A program made the translations under genes and the position numbers. A stretch of 64,000 bases of DNA from Adineta vaga (taxonomy: Eukaryota; Animalia; Rotifera). The notes under the pieces are model-generated. The model made no database searches and was not told where the DNA came from. It saw only the letters and a program-made list of their open reading frames with translations. Of this stretch, positions 26,432 through 41,602 are shown one piece after another (position 1 is the stretch's first letter; every line of letters starts with the position of its first letter). Location: positions 13,702,001 to 13,766,000 of the forward strand of contig CP075494.1 of the NCBI GenBank assembly GCA_021613535.1, read 5' to 3'.

Positions 26432-29400
26432 TTAGACATTGCCCGTTTTTATTGATTTGATCAATAATTGAGTGTTATTTGATTTAATTGCTTCACGGCA
26501 TTGGTTCACAGTGATAGTTTTAAATTTTCCAACTAAACAAAAGATAGTCATAATTATTATTATCAAAAGTTTCAAAGCAAAACATCTTACTTCTTAGATT
26601 GCCTGCTTTTTGCACCATTTGATTGAGAAATCGTAAGTTTTTCATTAATTCTTCATGATTTGTACAACGAATTTTGTATCCATTGATTAAATCACGATTT
26701 AAATTCAATAAATCAATATAATGTCGTTTCATAACAGAACTATAAACTCTCTCAAATAACTTTCTTTGTTTTTATTTATTTCAATTCACTTACACATCGC
26801 CGATTAAACGAGCATCTTCTGCACGAATTAAAAAGCTTCGAATAATATTCGCATGTTCAGCCATATCAGATGAAATACGTTGTCTTGCTGCTTGATATTC
26901 TTCAATCTAGTAAATTTTATTGCATATAAATATCTAACAGCATTTGATAATTGAAGGAGATCTTACTTGAGAAAATACTTTTTGTAATATATCAAGTTCT
27001 TGTGGAAAATCGCATGTGGTTTGTAATGTATCTATATTTAAAAATTTACCCAAAGATTGAATAATATTTCCAGCTAATTCCATGTCATCAGTTTGAATCA
27101 TCATCTAAAAAATAATGAATATTCAGATTTATCGAAGAGTAGAAATGAATTTACTTGTCCGGTGTTTTGCATTTTAATAATTAGTTTCGTTTCCGTACGA
27201 ACAGCGAGAAAAGTTACGTATAAACTTGGTGCATTTGGTGCATATTCTTCAGCAAGAAGAAAATGATTATTGATCCAAACCAGAACCTTTTTTTTGTCAA
27301 AAATAAATAGTAATCAAGAATCGAAGCAATCAATCACTTACTCGTGGAATACGTTCATTAATCGTAAAATTAACAAAACCTTTTGGTTCAAGATCAGATG
27401 AATTTTCAACCAATAAATACATTGAAAAAATTGGTAAAGGCCGTGCTAATTCAAAGACATGATAGAGAGTACTAGAAATATTCAAATTCATCTTATGTTT
27501 TGTTGATAGCAAATGTAAAGTTGAACCTTGATTTTAATCCAACAAACACTTGAAGATGTAAATCAACAGGTGCATCACGAGGTGGAATGATTGGTACAAT
27601 AATATTTTCGCGAACTTGATTTATAGCTGGATGACTAAATTATAAAAGAATGATTTCGATCGACTTCAAACACGAACTTACACTACAAGACATTCTCCTT
27701 TGAATAAACCTTCAGCAAAGAGTGTAACTACTCTTATTACGGTATCTAAAGTAGAGAAGAAGAAGGAAAGAAATTCAGTCAAATTGATTCCAAAATCTTA
27801 CGATTGGATGTCTTCATTTTCACGGCAATATGTGCCTAACAGAAAAAGATTTGTTTATATTTTTCAAATAGAATCACTTGACTTACAGGAAAATCAGGTC
27901 GACTTCGTTCAATTGTTAATATTGTTTGTATTTCTGTATTAGCCTATATGAAAAGAAATGTATGAAATAGCTTGATTTTGATTTTTATCAATCTACTTAC
28001 TGGAATCTCTGCTTCTGAATCCAATGCTATTGGTTTGTTATTTTGATAACTACTTGGTTCTTTTGCTTTTCTTGCTGCATCTTCAAGATTTTGAAGTTCA
28101 AGTAAAAGTGCCTGACATATAAAAATAATACATTGATAAATCTATTCAATTAGTTAACTATTGTCTCACTTGTTTCTTTTGAGCAAAATCTCGAATAGCT
28201 TCTTGACGATCTTTATAAAGATTAGCAGCAGCTGCATTCGTATCTTGTGCAGAAAATTTAAATCCTCGAACTTCACCTTCGTTTGAACAACAAATAAGTA
28301 AGTTTTCTCCGGGTACTCGATAATCGGCCTGATCACAAAATACAATATTCTATTCAACACTATTTATCATATCTCATTCTTACTTTAACAATTCCAGCGA
28401 TTGATGAATTCAAACTATCTTTAAATATAACTTCTCCATTACGATCACTTCGAATATCAACCTAATCATCAATCTTGAACATCAAAAAACATCAAATTGA
28501 ACAATTTACTTTGCCATTACTCCATCCAGTAACGAGTTCATCAACTCCATCGCCATCAACATCATATGCTTGTAAAACAATAGCAATATTTCGTGATTTA
28601 ATACGCCAATTTCTATTCGCTCGTTCATAGATTCCTACTGTTCCATTTCCTAATGCATATCCAAATCTTGCACCAACTAATGGACATAATGATACAATTG
28701 TTTCTGTTTCTTGTATTTCTGATATCAATTGATCTTCACGAAATACTCGAATATCAAAATCTTCCGAACCAACAACAAGCTATTGCAAAAGAAGAAAATG
28801 TATATTACATAAGAGAAAGTCAAATAGAATCATTACTTCATTGTAACCATCACCATTAAAATCAAGTAAAGCAAGTGATGAAACATTATCACCCGTTACT
28901 GTCCATAAAACATCTTCACTCTTTTTATTAAAACCATGAATTGAACAATTTCCACCAACAATAGCTAATTGTTCGGGTAATTCACCCCATTTACCAATTG
29001 TAATTGCATGTGCACCATCTGGAGTCTTTAAAAACAAATTAACATCATTAGAAAGCATAGATAGATATATATTTACTACGAACTTCTTTAAAGAATAAAT
29101 CAACATTGCGATCGATATCATAAGCAGTTATATTATTACTTGTTCCAACAACAAGTAAATCTTTATTTAATTGTTCATCAAGTTGACCGCATGCTAAACT
29201 TGTTACAACTTGATTTACATTTAAAAGAGAAACATTGCCTTCTAATTGTTGTGCTTGTGGATTATTATCTTGTGGAGAATGAATGAAAACCTATGGAAAT
29301 CGATGGTTTTGTATTGTCAAAATAAGAATTGAATTTATTCTTTACTTTATTTCCTGCAGTTGCACCAACAAGACATGATTTTTTTCCATTAAATTTACCA

Positions 29401-29462
29401 ACGGCAACAGTTCGTGGAAGAACTTTATTATTTAATTGTAATGAAAATATTGGTACTAACAT
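26432..29462 (-). CDS. BBS2: Bardet-Biedl syndrome 2 protein (BBSome)
   Basis: [32 protein letters not shown]; GGNCSIHGF; [21 protein letters not shown]; [20 protein letters not shown]; [34 protein letters not shown]. Confidence 0.97.
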
Positions 29463-30505
29463 TTCGATGATAATTAAATCAGTTCCGAATGAATATACAG
29501 CAGGTATTTTTTATGAAATATACCATGATAAATTACTTTTCTATGTTACAACCTCTACAAAGGTAATTTAATAGTCATTCATTTGAGAAAAGTAAGCGAA
29601 TGAAAAAAATGAGTGAGAAAAAGAATGAATGAATCAGATTAAACGAACGGTTGGTGGATGATGAATCACACAAATATTTATAAACGGCATATGAGTTATA
29701 AAGAAATAGACAAACAGAACAAAATATCAGCGTTGGTGTCGTTCTATACAACTTAGGTAAATTTTTGCTTTCATAATATTGATTTTAGTAAATTTGCTTT
29801 AGTGAAGTATTCTTGTATTTCTACCGTACACGGTTCTGTATAAAATATACAAGATTAGCTTCATTGGATGTTTAAGAATGTTAAAATATGAGGCATGTGC
29901 GTTTTTCTCCTCCTGTATGTGTCTTCTAATCTTTACATAGATTTTTATTAAGTGATGATATTTCGCATTTTATAACAATCAGTCATGATTATTTCTTTTA
30001 CAAAACGATGTTATAATCGTTTTTTTCTGTCTGACATTGTCGCGCATTTAAATTGAACATGAAAAAATAACACTGATGACGCCGTTATTGTTATACAATC
30101 ATATTTTTCTATATACATAACAGAAGAATATGATATGTAGAGCAAACGAACGAACGAACGAATGAACATGATCCGCTTATGGGCGTGTGTACTAAGTAAA
30201 AGACAGAGAGTATGGGCGGTGTACAGGGAGGAGTTAAACGGGAACAATCGCCAATTCTTTTCTTTCTTTCTCTGTCTCTGTCTCTCTCTTTCTCTTTACA
30301 TTCTCTTGCGCATTTTTTTTTTCATTATGTTCACTAACTCGTACACATACACCTTGTCTTTACTTAGTCAAACAACAATAGAGATTGATGATGATCATCA
30401 ACTATCTGGACATTTGATCATATACAATAAAAGATCTCCTGATCATTAGAAGAAGAAAAGAAAGTAGAAGGAGATCTTTCTCAAGCTATACGAAAAAAGT
30501 AAAAG

Positions 30506-33500
30506 ATGTATCATTATAAACAACAAATCAAAGTCAATTGTGAGTAATAAAATACAAAAAATATTCTCTTTTCTTTTCGTTATTTGAACTAATTCGAAAG
30601 GTAAAAAAAGAAATCAAATATCTCTAATAGTTTGTCACATTTTTGTCCTTTTTTCTCGTTTATTTGCTGCTGCAGCAAAAAAAAACAAATGTATAATGTC
30701 ATTTCTCTTTCGATGGTTCGATCAACAGAACACCTGTCAATGGTTTTTTTTTCTTCGTCCAAAAACATGATTTTCTAATATACACAGTTGTTATGGTGTT
30801 CTGCTTCGTTGATAATCTTTTTTTTAATCATTTGAATCATCATTACACCTGTTTGCGTATATCAATCGGAGAATTTTGTTTTTATGACTAAGATGAATCA
30901 GTTTTATAGAACAACTGTTGTTTGATAAAAATTAGTCATAAAAATTTATTCTTTACTCTTCATTTTATTTCATTTAGATCAAATGGCGGCTCCGCCGAGT
31001 GCTCCAACATCATCGAAATCTCGTGGTCTTAGTTTATTTGATCGTCAAGCACAATTGCATGCCCATGATACTGATAAAACATCATCAAATTCTTCAAAAA
31101 ACTTTTTTGATAAACCTACTACACCATCGAAATCTATGCAATTAATAACATCTGCACCGGCTATATATCGTAGCACACAATACAATCAATATTCACCATT
31201 ACTTGCTCATCGTCAATCGCCATTATCAACTTCCGAGTATAATTCCGATTCAACAAACAATAATAATGTTCAATTAATTGGTATACATCCTCGTCCAGAA
31301 TCTACTTATATTAAAGAATGGCCATCTCCACCAACATTGCCATTTAAAAACAACGAACATCTCCAGGAAACGGATTTTCCATTAGTAGAAAACTCTTCTG
31401 TACAAGATTCACAGACATCTGCCAGTAATCTAGCACCAAGTGATTCATTATGTTGTGCAATGATTGAACAAGCATTTGATTATTTACAAACACATGATGA
31501 TAATGATGATGTTGTTTATAAAAAACCATCCATCGAACAAATTGATGGTTCGGATAATGAAGAAAATTCTGAAGGAAATGATAGTGTAGATACCATTGAT
31601 CTTGATGCGACAACAAGTACAAATCATCAAACTGATAGTAAGTTAGATTATTTTTATTCCTATGATTCAATTAAATACCTATTTACTTGAGAAGTTCTGT
31701 CTCCTATTCTTCTTTCTCTCTATCATTTAACTGTACATACAATATTAAACATTATTTAGGTATGTGTGTGTGTTTGTATGTATATATAAGCATTCTTAAT
31801 GATCTCACGAGCGTGCAACTTCTCCATTCTTTTCTCATTTTGTTTGTCCTCGGTTTTCTCTCTCTCTCTCTCTTTCTCTTTTCTATTTCATTTAAACAAG
31901 TGCACGTTCAAACTTCCTCTTTTCTCTCCCCTTTTTTTTCTTATTCAAAACATCAAACAAAAAAAATTACTTGTTAACGAAGATTATTTTCTATCTATAT
32001 GAGTATGTTAAGGAGAGGAAAAAACCCTGGCTAAATAGAATCAAAATGAGTGAGATAAATTCATCTTTAAAATCTTCTCCTTGTCTATGTAAACATATCC
32101 ATTCGAAAAACTTTTCTCTTATGTGAATATAAAGAAGTTTCTAAAGTGACACTTTTGTCATCGTCAAGGCCGTTTGTTTTTCAAAGGATTTTCTTTCGAG
32201 TAAATAGATTTCGAGAGATGATGATCTTATTATTTTGTCAGTCATGTTTTGTCTCGTTTCGATCGAAAGAAAATAATGAAGACAATGAATTCATAAAAAT
32301 CGATAGACATACACGAGAAGAAGAAGAAGATGATGATGATGATGAGCTTAACATCGATAAAGTTCAATACAATTAGTCGGCAATACTAATGATCGAGTTT
32401 AACCTTGAGAATTAAAATCAAATATTTTAATTTTATGTTTTTAATTAACATGAAATTATCAAACATTTTTAGGTGGATTTCATACAATACCATTTCAAAG
32501 TAATAGTGACAAACAACATAACAGTCAAGAGAAATTAACTGATCAACAATCTCCAATGGCATCATCATCACGTGGTACAGGAAGTGAAGATAACGATAGT
32601 GATTTTGATACTCAATCTCATGAAGATGATCTTGATAATGAAGAAGAACCAATTATAGTTCGAAAAGCACCCGAAGAACTTATCAATGAACAAGAAGAAT
32701 TAAAAAAACAATTAATCGTAAGAAGAAAAAATATAAATATTTTAGCTTTCATCTATTTCTTTGTTAAAATTTAGATTCGACAACAAAAAATACTTTGGGA
32801 TATTGCACAAGAATGGTTACGAAAAGAGAAAAGTTACATTGAACAATTAGAATTACTCGATCAACAAGTAAAGAAACATTCAAAATTTCATTATTCTCTA
32901 CAAAATACTTTCCTCTTTATTTTAGTTAAGTCATATGTCTTTAGCAATAACTGTACAAGAAATGATTCAACAATTAATATCACATCATAGAAATGTTTGT
33001 AAAGAAATCGAATTTTTATATGAACGTGATCATCATCCATCAAATCTAATCAAACAATTAGCACGTGCAATTGATACTTTGGTATATCTTATTTTTATCT
33101 TTGAAATATCATTTCCATTCGGTTTTTCTAGATGCAAACTTTGAGTATTTATGATGATTATATTAAAAGAAATCTAGCACCGATAAGAAAAGCATTAGAT
33201 AAACGATTGACAACGAATGGCATGTCTAGTGAAGGTAAATTGAAAATAAATACAATCAAATTGTTTATAACATGTTTGTCTTCTAATTAGATCTCTTATC
33301 TATTCCTCCAAAACAATTTCTTCAAATACTTTCACAAGTACAAGTAAGATATTCATTTCTATTATTGATATTTTCAATAAATTCGCTCTTCCTCAACATA
33401 GGATTTACATAAAACAGCTCAATCACTTGAATCCAATGATCGAGAAAGTTTAACAAAATTATATAATTATGCATTGCGATGTAAAATGTTTGGAGTATGT

Positions 33501-36277
33501 TTTATGAAGTTTAGTTATTTGTTTATCTATATATATTTGAATATTTAGAGTTCACAAGATGAAAATATCAATAAGATTATTTTAAAAAATGAAGATGTAG
33601 CTACAATCACACGAGGATCTCGTGATCGATGTCGTCTGGTACTTTATCCAGATGCAATTGTTTGTTGTGTTCTAAAGACGAAGTTACTGGCAAGGTATAG
33701 TCAAACAAATAGTTTACACACATCTTATTGTCATTTGTAAATGAAAATATAGGCAATAATTAGAAATATATTTTCTAAATGGAAGAGGAAACAATTATCT
33801 AAATCATTAAAAAATTAAGTACACATGAAAAGACATGTTCATATTTCTATCTTGAGAATTTCTAGTGATTAATAGATCTTTAATAGAGTTTGATGAGATT
33901 TTGTAAATAAGAAGTGCTTAACTAGTTTGTCTATTCATAGAATCGGACGTCATTTAGTTCTATTTTAAAAAATCAATGTTCCGAAAAATGATTCATTGTT
34001 TTTTAATGAAATAACTTTCTTAATATTTGCTTTCTTTTTCTTCTTCTAGTCCAAAATATGTTCTTCTTTCATTTATACCTATGATTAATCTTCATTGGAC
34101 AGTACCACAAACATCATCTGATGATAATACAAATACCGGTGGTAAGTATCGATTCATTTGAAACAATCGATATTCTATTTGGTGTAATTAATAGATGAGT
34201 TAAAATCAAATTTAAAAACATCTTATAAAGAATTAGAAAAAGCACCAAAATCGAATGTAAGTTTTTATATAAAATTTTATCTTCGTTTTATATTCTATTT
34301 TCAATTGATTTTTAGAATGTTGTCTCATCTCGTCTATCAAAAGCAATACGTAAACAAGAAAATGAATATAATTTAGCTCAATCTAAACTTCAATTAATCC
34401 TTTCTAATGTACCTTCATCATCAGTATCACCATCATCATCTCGTTCATCTGTCTCTTCAGTCATACTTTTTTCATCTGCTTATCAACGTCAAGATTGGAT
34501 TGATTCAATCGAGAAAACTAAACAAGAACTTGTTCAACGAAGTTCTGATGTTCCAAAAACAACGAATACTAATCATCAACGTTTAACTGATTCTCTTATT
34601 CAAAAACGTCTTGATCTAATCAAAGCAAATGTTCAAGAATGTAATTCTTATGATTCATCGTCTGTTCCAAAACCAAGTAAAACATATTCCGGTACATTAC
34701 ATATAACCATCCAGGGTATCCATGGATCAGCATTATCAAATCCAGCACGACAACAAACAACTCTACCATTGTTACCAACATCATCAGAAAATAATTATCA
34801 ATTTTATGTTGCTGTAGAAATTGATTCCTACAATACTTTCTTTCCATATGCTCAAACAGCAAAACGATCCATGCAACAACAAGAATCAGTCGAATTTCGA
34901 GGAGAGGTATGTTATAGTTAGTAGAAATATTAGAAAGTAGAATTCTCCTAAACATTTTATTCATCATTTTTCAACAAATCGAGAACTAATCATTTGTTTT
35001 GATTCACTACTATTCATAAGAAATTCTATTCCATAGAAATGTCAACCACATTTTTATTATTCAATTCGATGGCCAAAAACGGTATCTAGTTCTCTTCTCA
35101 TTTGACATTTGGCGCATGAATTTTCTTTTTGACTAGTGAACATCTTTCTTTCGATTTCATCTATAACATTTGCATCCATTTTCTTCAGGTATTTCAAGTC
35201 GAATTGGAATATTCATTGGCATTTCGACTTCTCATCTATCGTATTGACACAATTAACTCAGGTAATCAAGGTAATAATACTCAGCGTGCTCAATGCATTG
35301 GGAAATTTCATCGAAATGTATGTTGAAAACATTTTTATCGTTCACCAGGAAAAACGTTTGTTTTAATATATATATATGACAGATTGAAACTGCATTACAT
35401 GATTGTGATCGTAATGCAAATGGTATCTTAACTATTGAATCTCCATCGGGTGATCTTAAACTTAAAATATCTTTGAAATATTCCAAACGTGAAGGTACAT
35501 TTAAACGACAAGGATCAAAACGTAGTCTTGCTGTATTTGGAAAAAGTATTGATACATTATTAAGTACACCCAATGGCTGGTATGCTATTGCAGAAATCTT
35601 TCTTGATTCAGAAGAAAAAAAATCATTTTTGTTTAATTGTCTTTTCAAGTATTGATGGTATTCCTCGTTTGATCGATAAATGTATTGAAATGGTCGATCG
35701 TGATGGTTTGAAAGAAACAGGTATTTATCGTGTATGTTGTGTTACATCTGATTTACAAAAACTTCGTCATCAATTCGATCGACACTATCATCGTGGTGAA
35801 GAAATGTTAGCAGAAAAGAATGTACATGTTGCAGCGAATCTATTGAAATTATTCTTTCGAGAATTACCTGAACCATTATTTACCAGTGCACTTTATACAC
35901 AATTTCTTCATGCTATACAAATGAAAGATGTCGACAATCAACGTGTAACACTATTAAAAACATTAGAATTACTACCAGCAGCAAATCGAAAGATTCTTTT
36001 TCATTTATTAGATCATTTAATACGTGTTAGTCAATATTCGGATATAAATATGATGCATTTGGATAATTTAGCAGTCGTTTTTGGACCAACTCTAATGCGT
36101 CCATCGAAATTAATCATGACAAATTATTTTTCTGGTAGTAATCAACGTTTAAATTTTGTCGGAAATAATGGTCAAACAGATTTAGATCAAATGTCAGCTG
36201 AATTACAAGGTTCAATGCATCAATGTGAAGTTGTACTTGCCTGTTTGAAATTAAGACGAGATAACTTATTAAAATGA
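30506..36277 (+). CDS. BCR/ABR-like Rho GTPase-activating protein (degenerate DH, PH, C2, RhoGAP)
   Basis: 34-nt first exon (30506-30539) in phase with the exon at ~30979. EWLRKEKSYIEQL (DH helix 1-like); C2 SGTLHITI..FYVAVEIDSY; GAP domain VFGKSI, IPRLIDKCI, GIYR (catalytic Arg), LLKLFFRELPEPLFT, NLAVVFGPTL. Confidence 0.85.
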
Positions 36278-37063
36278 GTGATTTCAGAAGAATAAAAAAA
36301 AACAAATACAGTGAACGAATGATAGAAATTATCGAAGAGCTTTGCCGTATTTTTGTTTTGTTCAACTTGGCTTTGTTTTCTTTTTCTTTTTCATTCGTAT
36401 CCAGCAGTGGCACTCAGTTTTCTTGTTTTCTTCTATCTTTTTGTTTCTTCAATTTATCGTTTTTTTTTCTTCTTTTCTATTCAAATAAAACAAAGATATC
36501 GATATTTGTACATAAAGATATAGAATGATTCTAATTCGAATGGAGCAAAGATAATATATATATTTTTAACAACGTTTTTCTTATTGATAAAGGCAATTAT
36601 GTGAAGAAATATTCAGACGCATTGTTACTATTCTTCTTTTCGTTTTGATATGTTAATCATGCAATAGCAAGAATCTACTAGAAGAATTCTTCTATTCTTT
36701 TAAAGAACACAAGAAAAAAGAAAGAAATACCATGTCGCTTGCGTGCCGTTTTACAAGATGTAAGAAATCGACGGACGAGTGGAGGAAGTTTTTTTTTCTT
36801 TCTAGTACTAGAAATATGAGAACGAGAAAGAAAAAATTATGTTATACCATGCCAAAATCTCACTAAACAGACAGAATAGACGTGTATTGTAGTGCTAGAA
36901 GAGAGAAAGAACGAAGAGAAAGAAAAATCTTGTGTGCCGAAGAAGATGATTCGTTACTGTTTGAGTCATAATCATTCAACTTACGCGTCAATATAATATA
37001 TATATATATATATTGGTATTAATAGAGTGATTACTTTTTTAGATAAAAAAGAAAAGAGAATTC

Positions 37064-38810
37064 ATGTCTCAGCATATTAAGACTGGTCATTTACGTTATT
37101 TTCATAGTAAGTTTTTATTAAATATGATTGGGATTTGAACTATTTTTTTGTTTGTTTAGAGGGTTTATTATCGAAAAAATGGAAAAATTATTATTTCGTA
37201 CTATTTGATGATTCAACATTGCAATGGTACGAAAAACAAAATGATCGAAAACCAGAAGGATCGATACGTATTCGTGATGTAGCACAAAACCTATGTGTAG
37301 GTCCATATACACGATGTTTACCCAATCGACCTTCATTTCCTCGACCAACTGATGAAGCTAATCTTATTGCATTGCCACGTTCAACACCTGGACATCACGA
37401 TCAAGAAATAGTATGGATTCTTTGTAATGATGTTACTCATCTCAAGTAAATCAATTAGAAATTGAAACAGTAAAATTTTCATTTGTTTGACATATATTGT
37501 CCATTTCTAGTGATTGGATGAAAGCAATTGTCTCTACAGTAAGTGTCGATGTTATATAATATTGATGAGATTATTGATATGTTTATTTTCAAATTTTTTA
37601 GTTACCACCACCACCACAACAACCGATGCCATCGCCTGGTCAACAGCATGATGCTAATATTCGACCATCCGCACCACCAACATCAGGTCCTCCTCCACGT
37701 ATGTATTTGTGTTTTTATTTTCGATAAAATTTAAGAATATCGATTACTTTTAGCATATTCCGCTTCAAGTTCCTATCCTCGTCCACAACAACAGCAACAA
37801 TCAATGTATCCTCAGTTAGCTGGCAATCAATCACAACCACAATATCGTGCACCCTACGGTGGCTCAGGTGTATCAAGTAGTCAACAACCTAACTATAATC
37901 ATACAACAGTTGTTGTACAACCTTCTCCTACTTATGGTGGTGGTGTGGGAGGAGGAGGCTACGGCGGTTATGGTGGCTACCGAGGAGGTGGCGGAAGTTC
38001 ATTGGGTGGTGTTGGATTAGGTCTAGCTGGTGGAGCATTACTTGGTGGTAGGAAAATCATCAAAAGTATCTTCTAACACAATAATGAACTTGTTTTTATT
38101 TTTAGGTGCTCTTGGTTACGCTTGGGGAGGTGGATTTGGTGGTCATGGAGGATGGGGTTATGGTATGGGACATTCTGGCTATTCTGGTGGTTATGGGTAA
38201 TGTCCAAAATATTATTTTCCACTCGTAAATCGAAGAAGTTCATGACTTTTTTCTTAATAAATTTTAGTGGATGGGGCGGTGGTAATGATACAACCGTCGT
38301 CAACAATTAGTAAGCTATATTGTCTCAAGATTCTATTCAATTCTTTCTAATTTATTCAATTTTTTTCTACAGTTATGATAACGATACCACCAATAACTAC
38401 AATCAAGACACAACAAATAATGAAACAAACCATTATAGTGATAATGATAATCAACAACAATCGAATAGTTTTGATTATGACACAAATAATGATTATGGCG
38501 GTGGTGGTGGTGGTGGAGGTAAGTAGAATTTTTGAAAATTGAAAATTTGATTTCTATATATTATTTTTGTAGATTATGGAGGTGGTGATGATTTTGGCGG
38601 AGGCGATTATGGAGGTGGTGGTGGTGATTATGGAGGTGGTGATTATGGAGGTGGTGACGATTATGGTGGTGGAGATTTTGGTGGAGGTGGCGATGATTTC
38701 GGCGGTGGAGACTTTGGTGGCGGTGGCGATTTTGGTGGTAAGTCGATGAATTGTTAATAATTGATACTTATTTATATTTAGGAGGTGATTTTGGAGGTGG
38801 TGATTGGTAA
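37064..38810 (+). CDS. PLEKHB/evectin-like PH protein with Pro/Gln-rich linker, glycine zipper and GGGD[Y/F] repeat tail
   Basis: IKTGHL..KKWKNYYFVLFDDSTLQWYE (PH); GLGLAGGALLGGALG; terminal exons encode about 10 GGGDY/GGGDF units ending GGGDW*. Confidence 0.8.
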
Positions 38811-39658
38811 CAAATTCGAATTGTTCGTGAATAAACTAAATCACATACTGCTTTATGTCAACTATTTGTAAATATATTAATTAAAAACCGTTTTATTTTC
38901 TTTTATTCATAACAATTAAACACGCTTTTTATTCTTTGTTCATTTTTTTGAATGTAAAGTATCTACATAAAATATTATTCAGTTTGAAATCGTATGAATA
39001 ATATTTCTAACAAAAGAATTCGTAGGTTATTTAGAAAACATTGTTTTCATGTAATTCGCCTTTTCATAAAGATTGATGAGATTGTTACTTTCAAAAACAA
39101 GCATGATATTATTCTCTATTTTTATTTTTTCTGTTGAAAAAATGTCATGTCAACAACTAGTGGAAACAATTCTTTTTCTCGTGAGTATACTCATTGTGTC
39201 AGACAAATAACGGTAATTCTTGCAAATTGTTGAAGGAATAGAAAAAACAAACCATGTGTTACACAGAAGACTTACTTTATTATATATATGTTTGAATAAT
39301 AAAGAGTAAGCAATTAAGTAGAAAATGTTCGAATTAATATAATGAAAGTTATGTTCTTTGTATCACGAATGAATTCAAGTCTATAAAAAAAAGAACTGAT
39401 ATTTTCCACATCTACAAGTCTCTATTAAATCTCACATTCAGATATTCACTTTTTGCCTAAGAATTCGATAGATGGCACTAATAGCCGTCATCTCTTTTTC
39501 TCATTTACTCTATTGGTCTATTGATAAATGATGAGGTTACCTTCTTCCAATTGGCATCATTCTTAAACTATTGTTACCACTCATTTCTACTCCCAGAGAA
39601 TCAGAAAAATCTAACATAAAGATTTCAATCATCTTCTTCATTGTAAATTCTCTCATCG

Positions 39659-41602
39659 ATGGCATCAGTAACAACTGATGATTCTACTTCAACATCTTCA
39701 AGTTTTGAAAAACGTCTTACACTTGTTAATAGTACTCAAGAAAGTGTACAAACCTTATCACTATGGATTCTATATCATCGTTCTCAACATGAACATTTAA
39801 TCAAAACTTGGTTTAAAGTTTTAAAAAAATCCAAACTTTTACATCGTTTAACATTATTCTATGTTGCTAATGACGTGATTCAAAACGCAAAGAAACATAA
39901 TGCATTAGTTTATCAACAAGCATTTAAACCATATTTGAGTTCAGCAATGGGTTATGTGAAAGAAAATGCAATTAAGAAGAAAATTCAACGTATAATAGAA
40001 ATTTGGCGTGATCGAGGTGTTTATGATGAAGATTTTATGAGTGAACTTTTGAAAAAACTTTTGGGAACAGAAGTTTATGAAAAAGATAAAGAAGTTACAC
40101 GCGTTATTGCTGAATTTCAAGTAAATAATTGAGAAAGAAATCTTTATGATTTATTTATTTTTCTTTCTAGCCAAAATCTTTATGTGAATCATTGATTCGT
40201 TTTAAACAACTCGAAGGTGAAACACTTGTAAAAGAACAATTGATTCATAATGATTTAAAATTAATTGATGGAATGTCAGTTGAAAATGTTCGTAAATTAA
40301 AAGGTGAATAGAAACAAAAGAAACTTTTTTGTTCGAGTGAAAATTGTATTGATTTAGATAAAACAACTACCGATGCTTTTCATACCGAATATGAAAATAG
40401 TCGAGAAAAATTTCAAGATTATGTTCGATATTATGAAAGATTATTAAAAGAACGAAAAGAATTAAAACAATTTTGTGAACAAGCAGAAGTTTTTTATGAT
40501 GCACAATATCAAGATGCCAATATTGTCGTTGAAGTTTGTATAGAAATATATCCTTATTTTTTTTTATTGCATACATATTTCATTTTAGGCATACAAAAAT
40601 TTCGGGGATAAAGTCGCAACATTAAAGAAAAAGTTAGATAATTTAATTAGAGATTTACCAGAAATAGTATCATCACCCTCGGGAGATAATGCGCCATCAC
40701 CTGGTGAGTATTTTCATGAATTTATTTGAAAGAAATCTGTCTTTAATAGACAAATAGAAAGTTGAAGATCATTGTGAATTTATTATCAATGTTTTCAGGA
40801 AATACTCCACCGGATTATCGTCAAACTGATATGGATTTATCTGATAATGAAGATAATAATTGTAAGTAACATCGATTTCAATGTATTTACTAAAAATTAA
40901 TCTTCTTCTTATAGCAAAATCTCCATCCGATCGTCCAGCTAGTAAATATATTTGACAATACTTTTCTAATCTTATATTATTTGTTTTCTAGTTGTTCGAA
41001 CAACACGTGCAGATCCTCGTCATCATCGAAAACATACATCTCATCGTCATCAATCATCTCACCAACAATTCGATGATGCTGATGAACGATCACATAAAGA
41101 TAAATCTAATTTATCTCCATTAGTGAATGGTGATGCAAACTCTACATCACAAGTAAACTTTTATTATTTACTTTGTAGATTTTTTGGAAATTATATCGAT
41201 TTATTTTAGTCAGCACCAATGATTGATGTTAATCTAATTACAGATTTACTTATTCAGCATTCACAATCAACTGGTTTTGAAAAAAGCTTAGAAATGCTTA
41301 CACAAACTTTAAGACAATTGACTGATCCAAATACTGTTACACTTCCAACACCGATGACAACTTCATCTGCATCTCAATCGTCCAATCAACTTAATTCATC
41401 GAATCCGTTTGAAAATCTTCTAATGAAACGTTTACAACCAACGATTCCTCCACCAGTTCTTCTTCCACCTGTTGCTCCACAAGTTTGGTTTAATCCAACA
41501 ACATCCCAATCATATTCACCAACAGTTCCACCATTCTATCCTCCATCAAATCCGTCAATGGATTTTCATTCACAGCAACAATATCAAAATCAAAGAAATT
41601 AA
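39659..41602 (+). CDS. RPRD-family (RPRD1/RPRD2) RNA Pol II CTD-interacting domain protein
   Basis: CID: FEKRL..VNSTQESVQTLSLWILYH, RLTLFYVANDVIQN, RIIEIWRDRGVY; CREPT-like coiled coil; PSPSGDNAPSPGNTP and DMDLSD (RPRD2-like). Confidence 0.9.

Noticed and set aside
38570-38810. Tandem GGTGGTGATTAT-type repeats as a satellite or CRISPR-like array
   Set aside because: They are coding Gly-rich repeats with no unique spacers, in a eukaryotic context.
40762-40780. GAAGATCATTGTGAA resembling bantam miRNA
   Set aside because: Seed mismatch and no evident hairpin; lies in a short intron near the acceptor.
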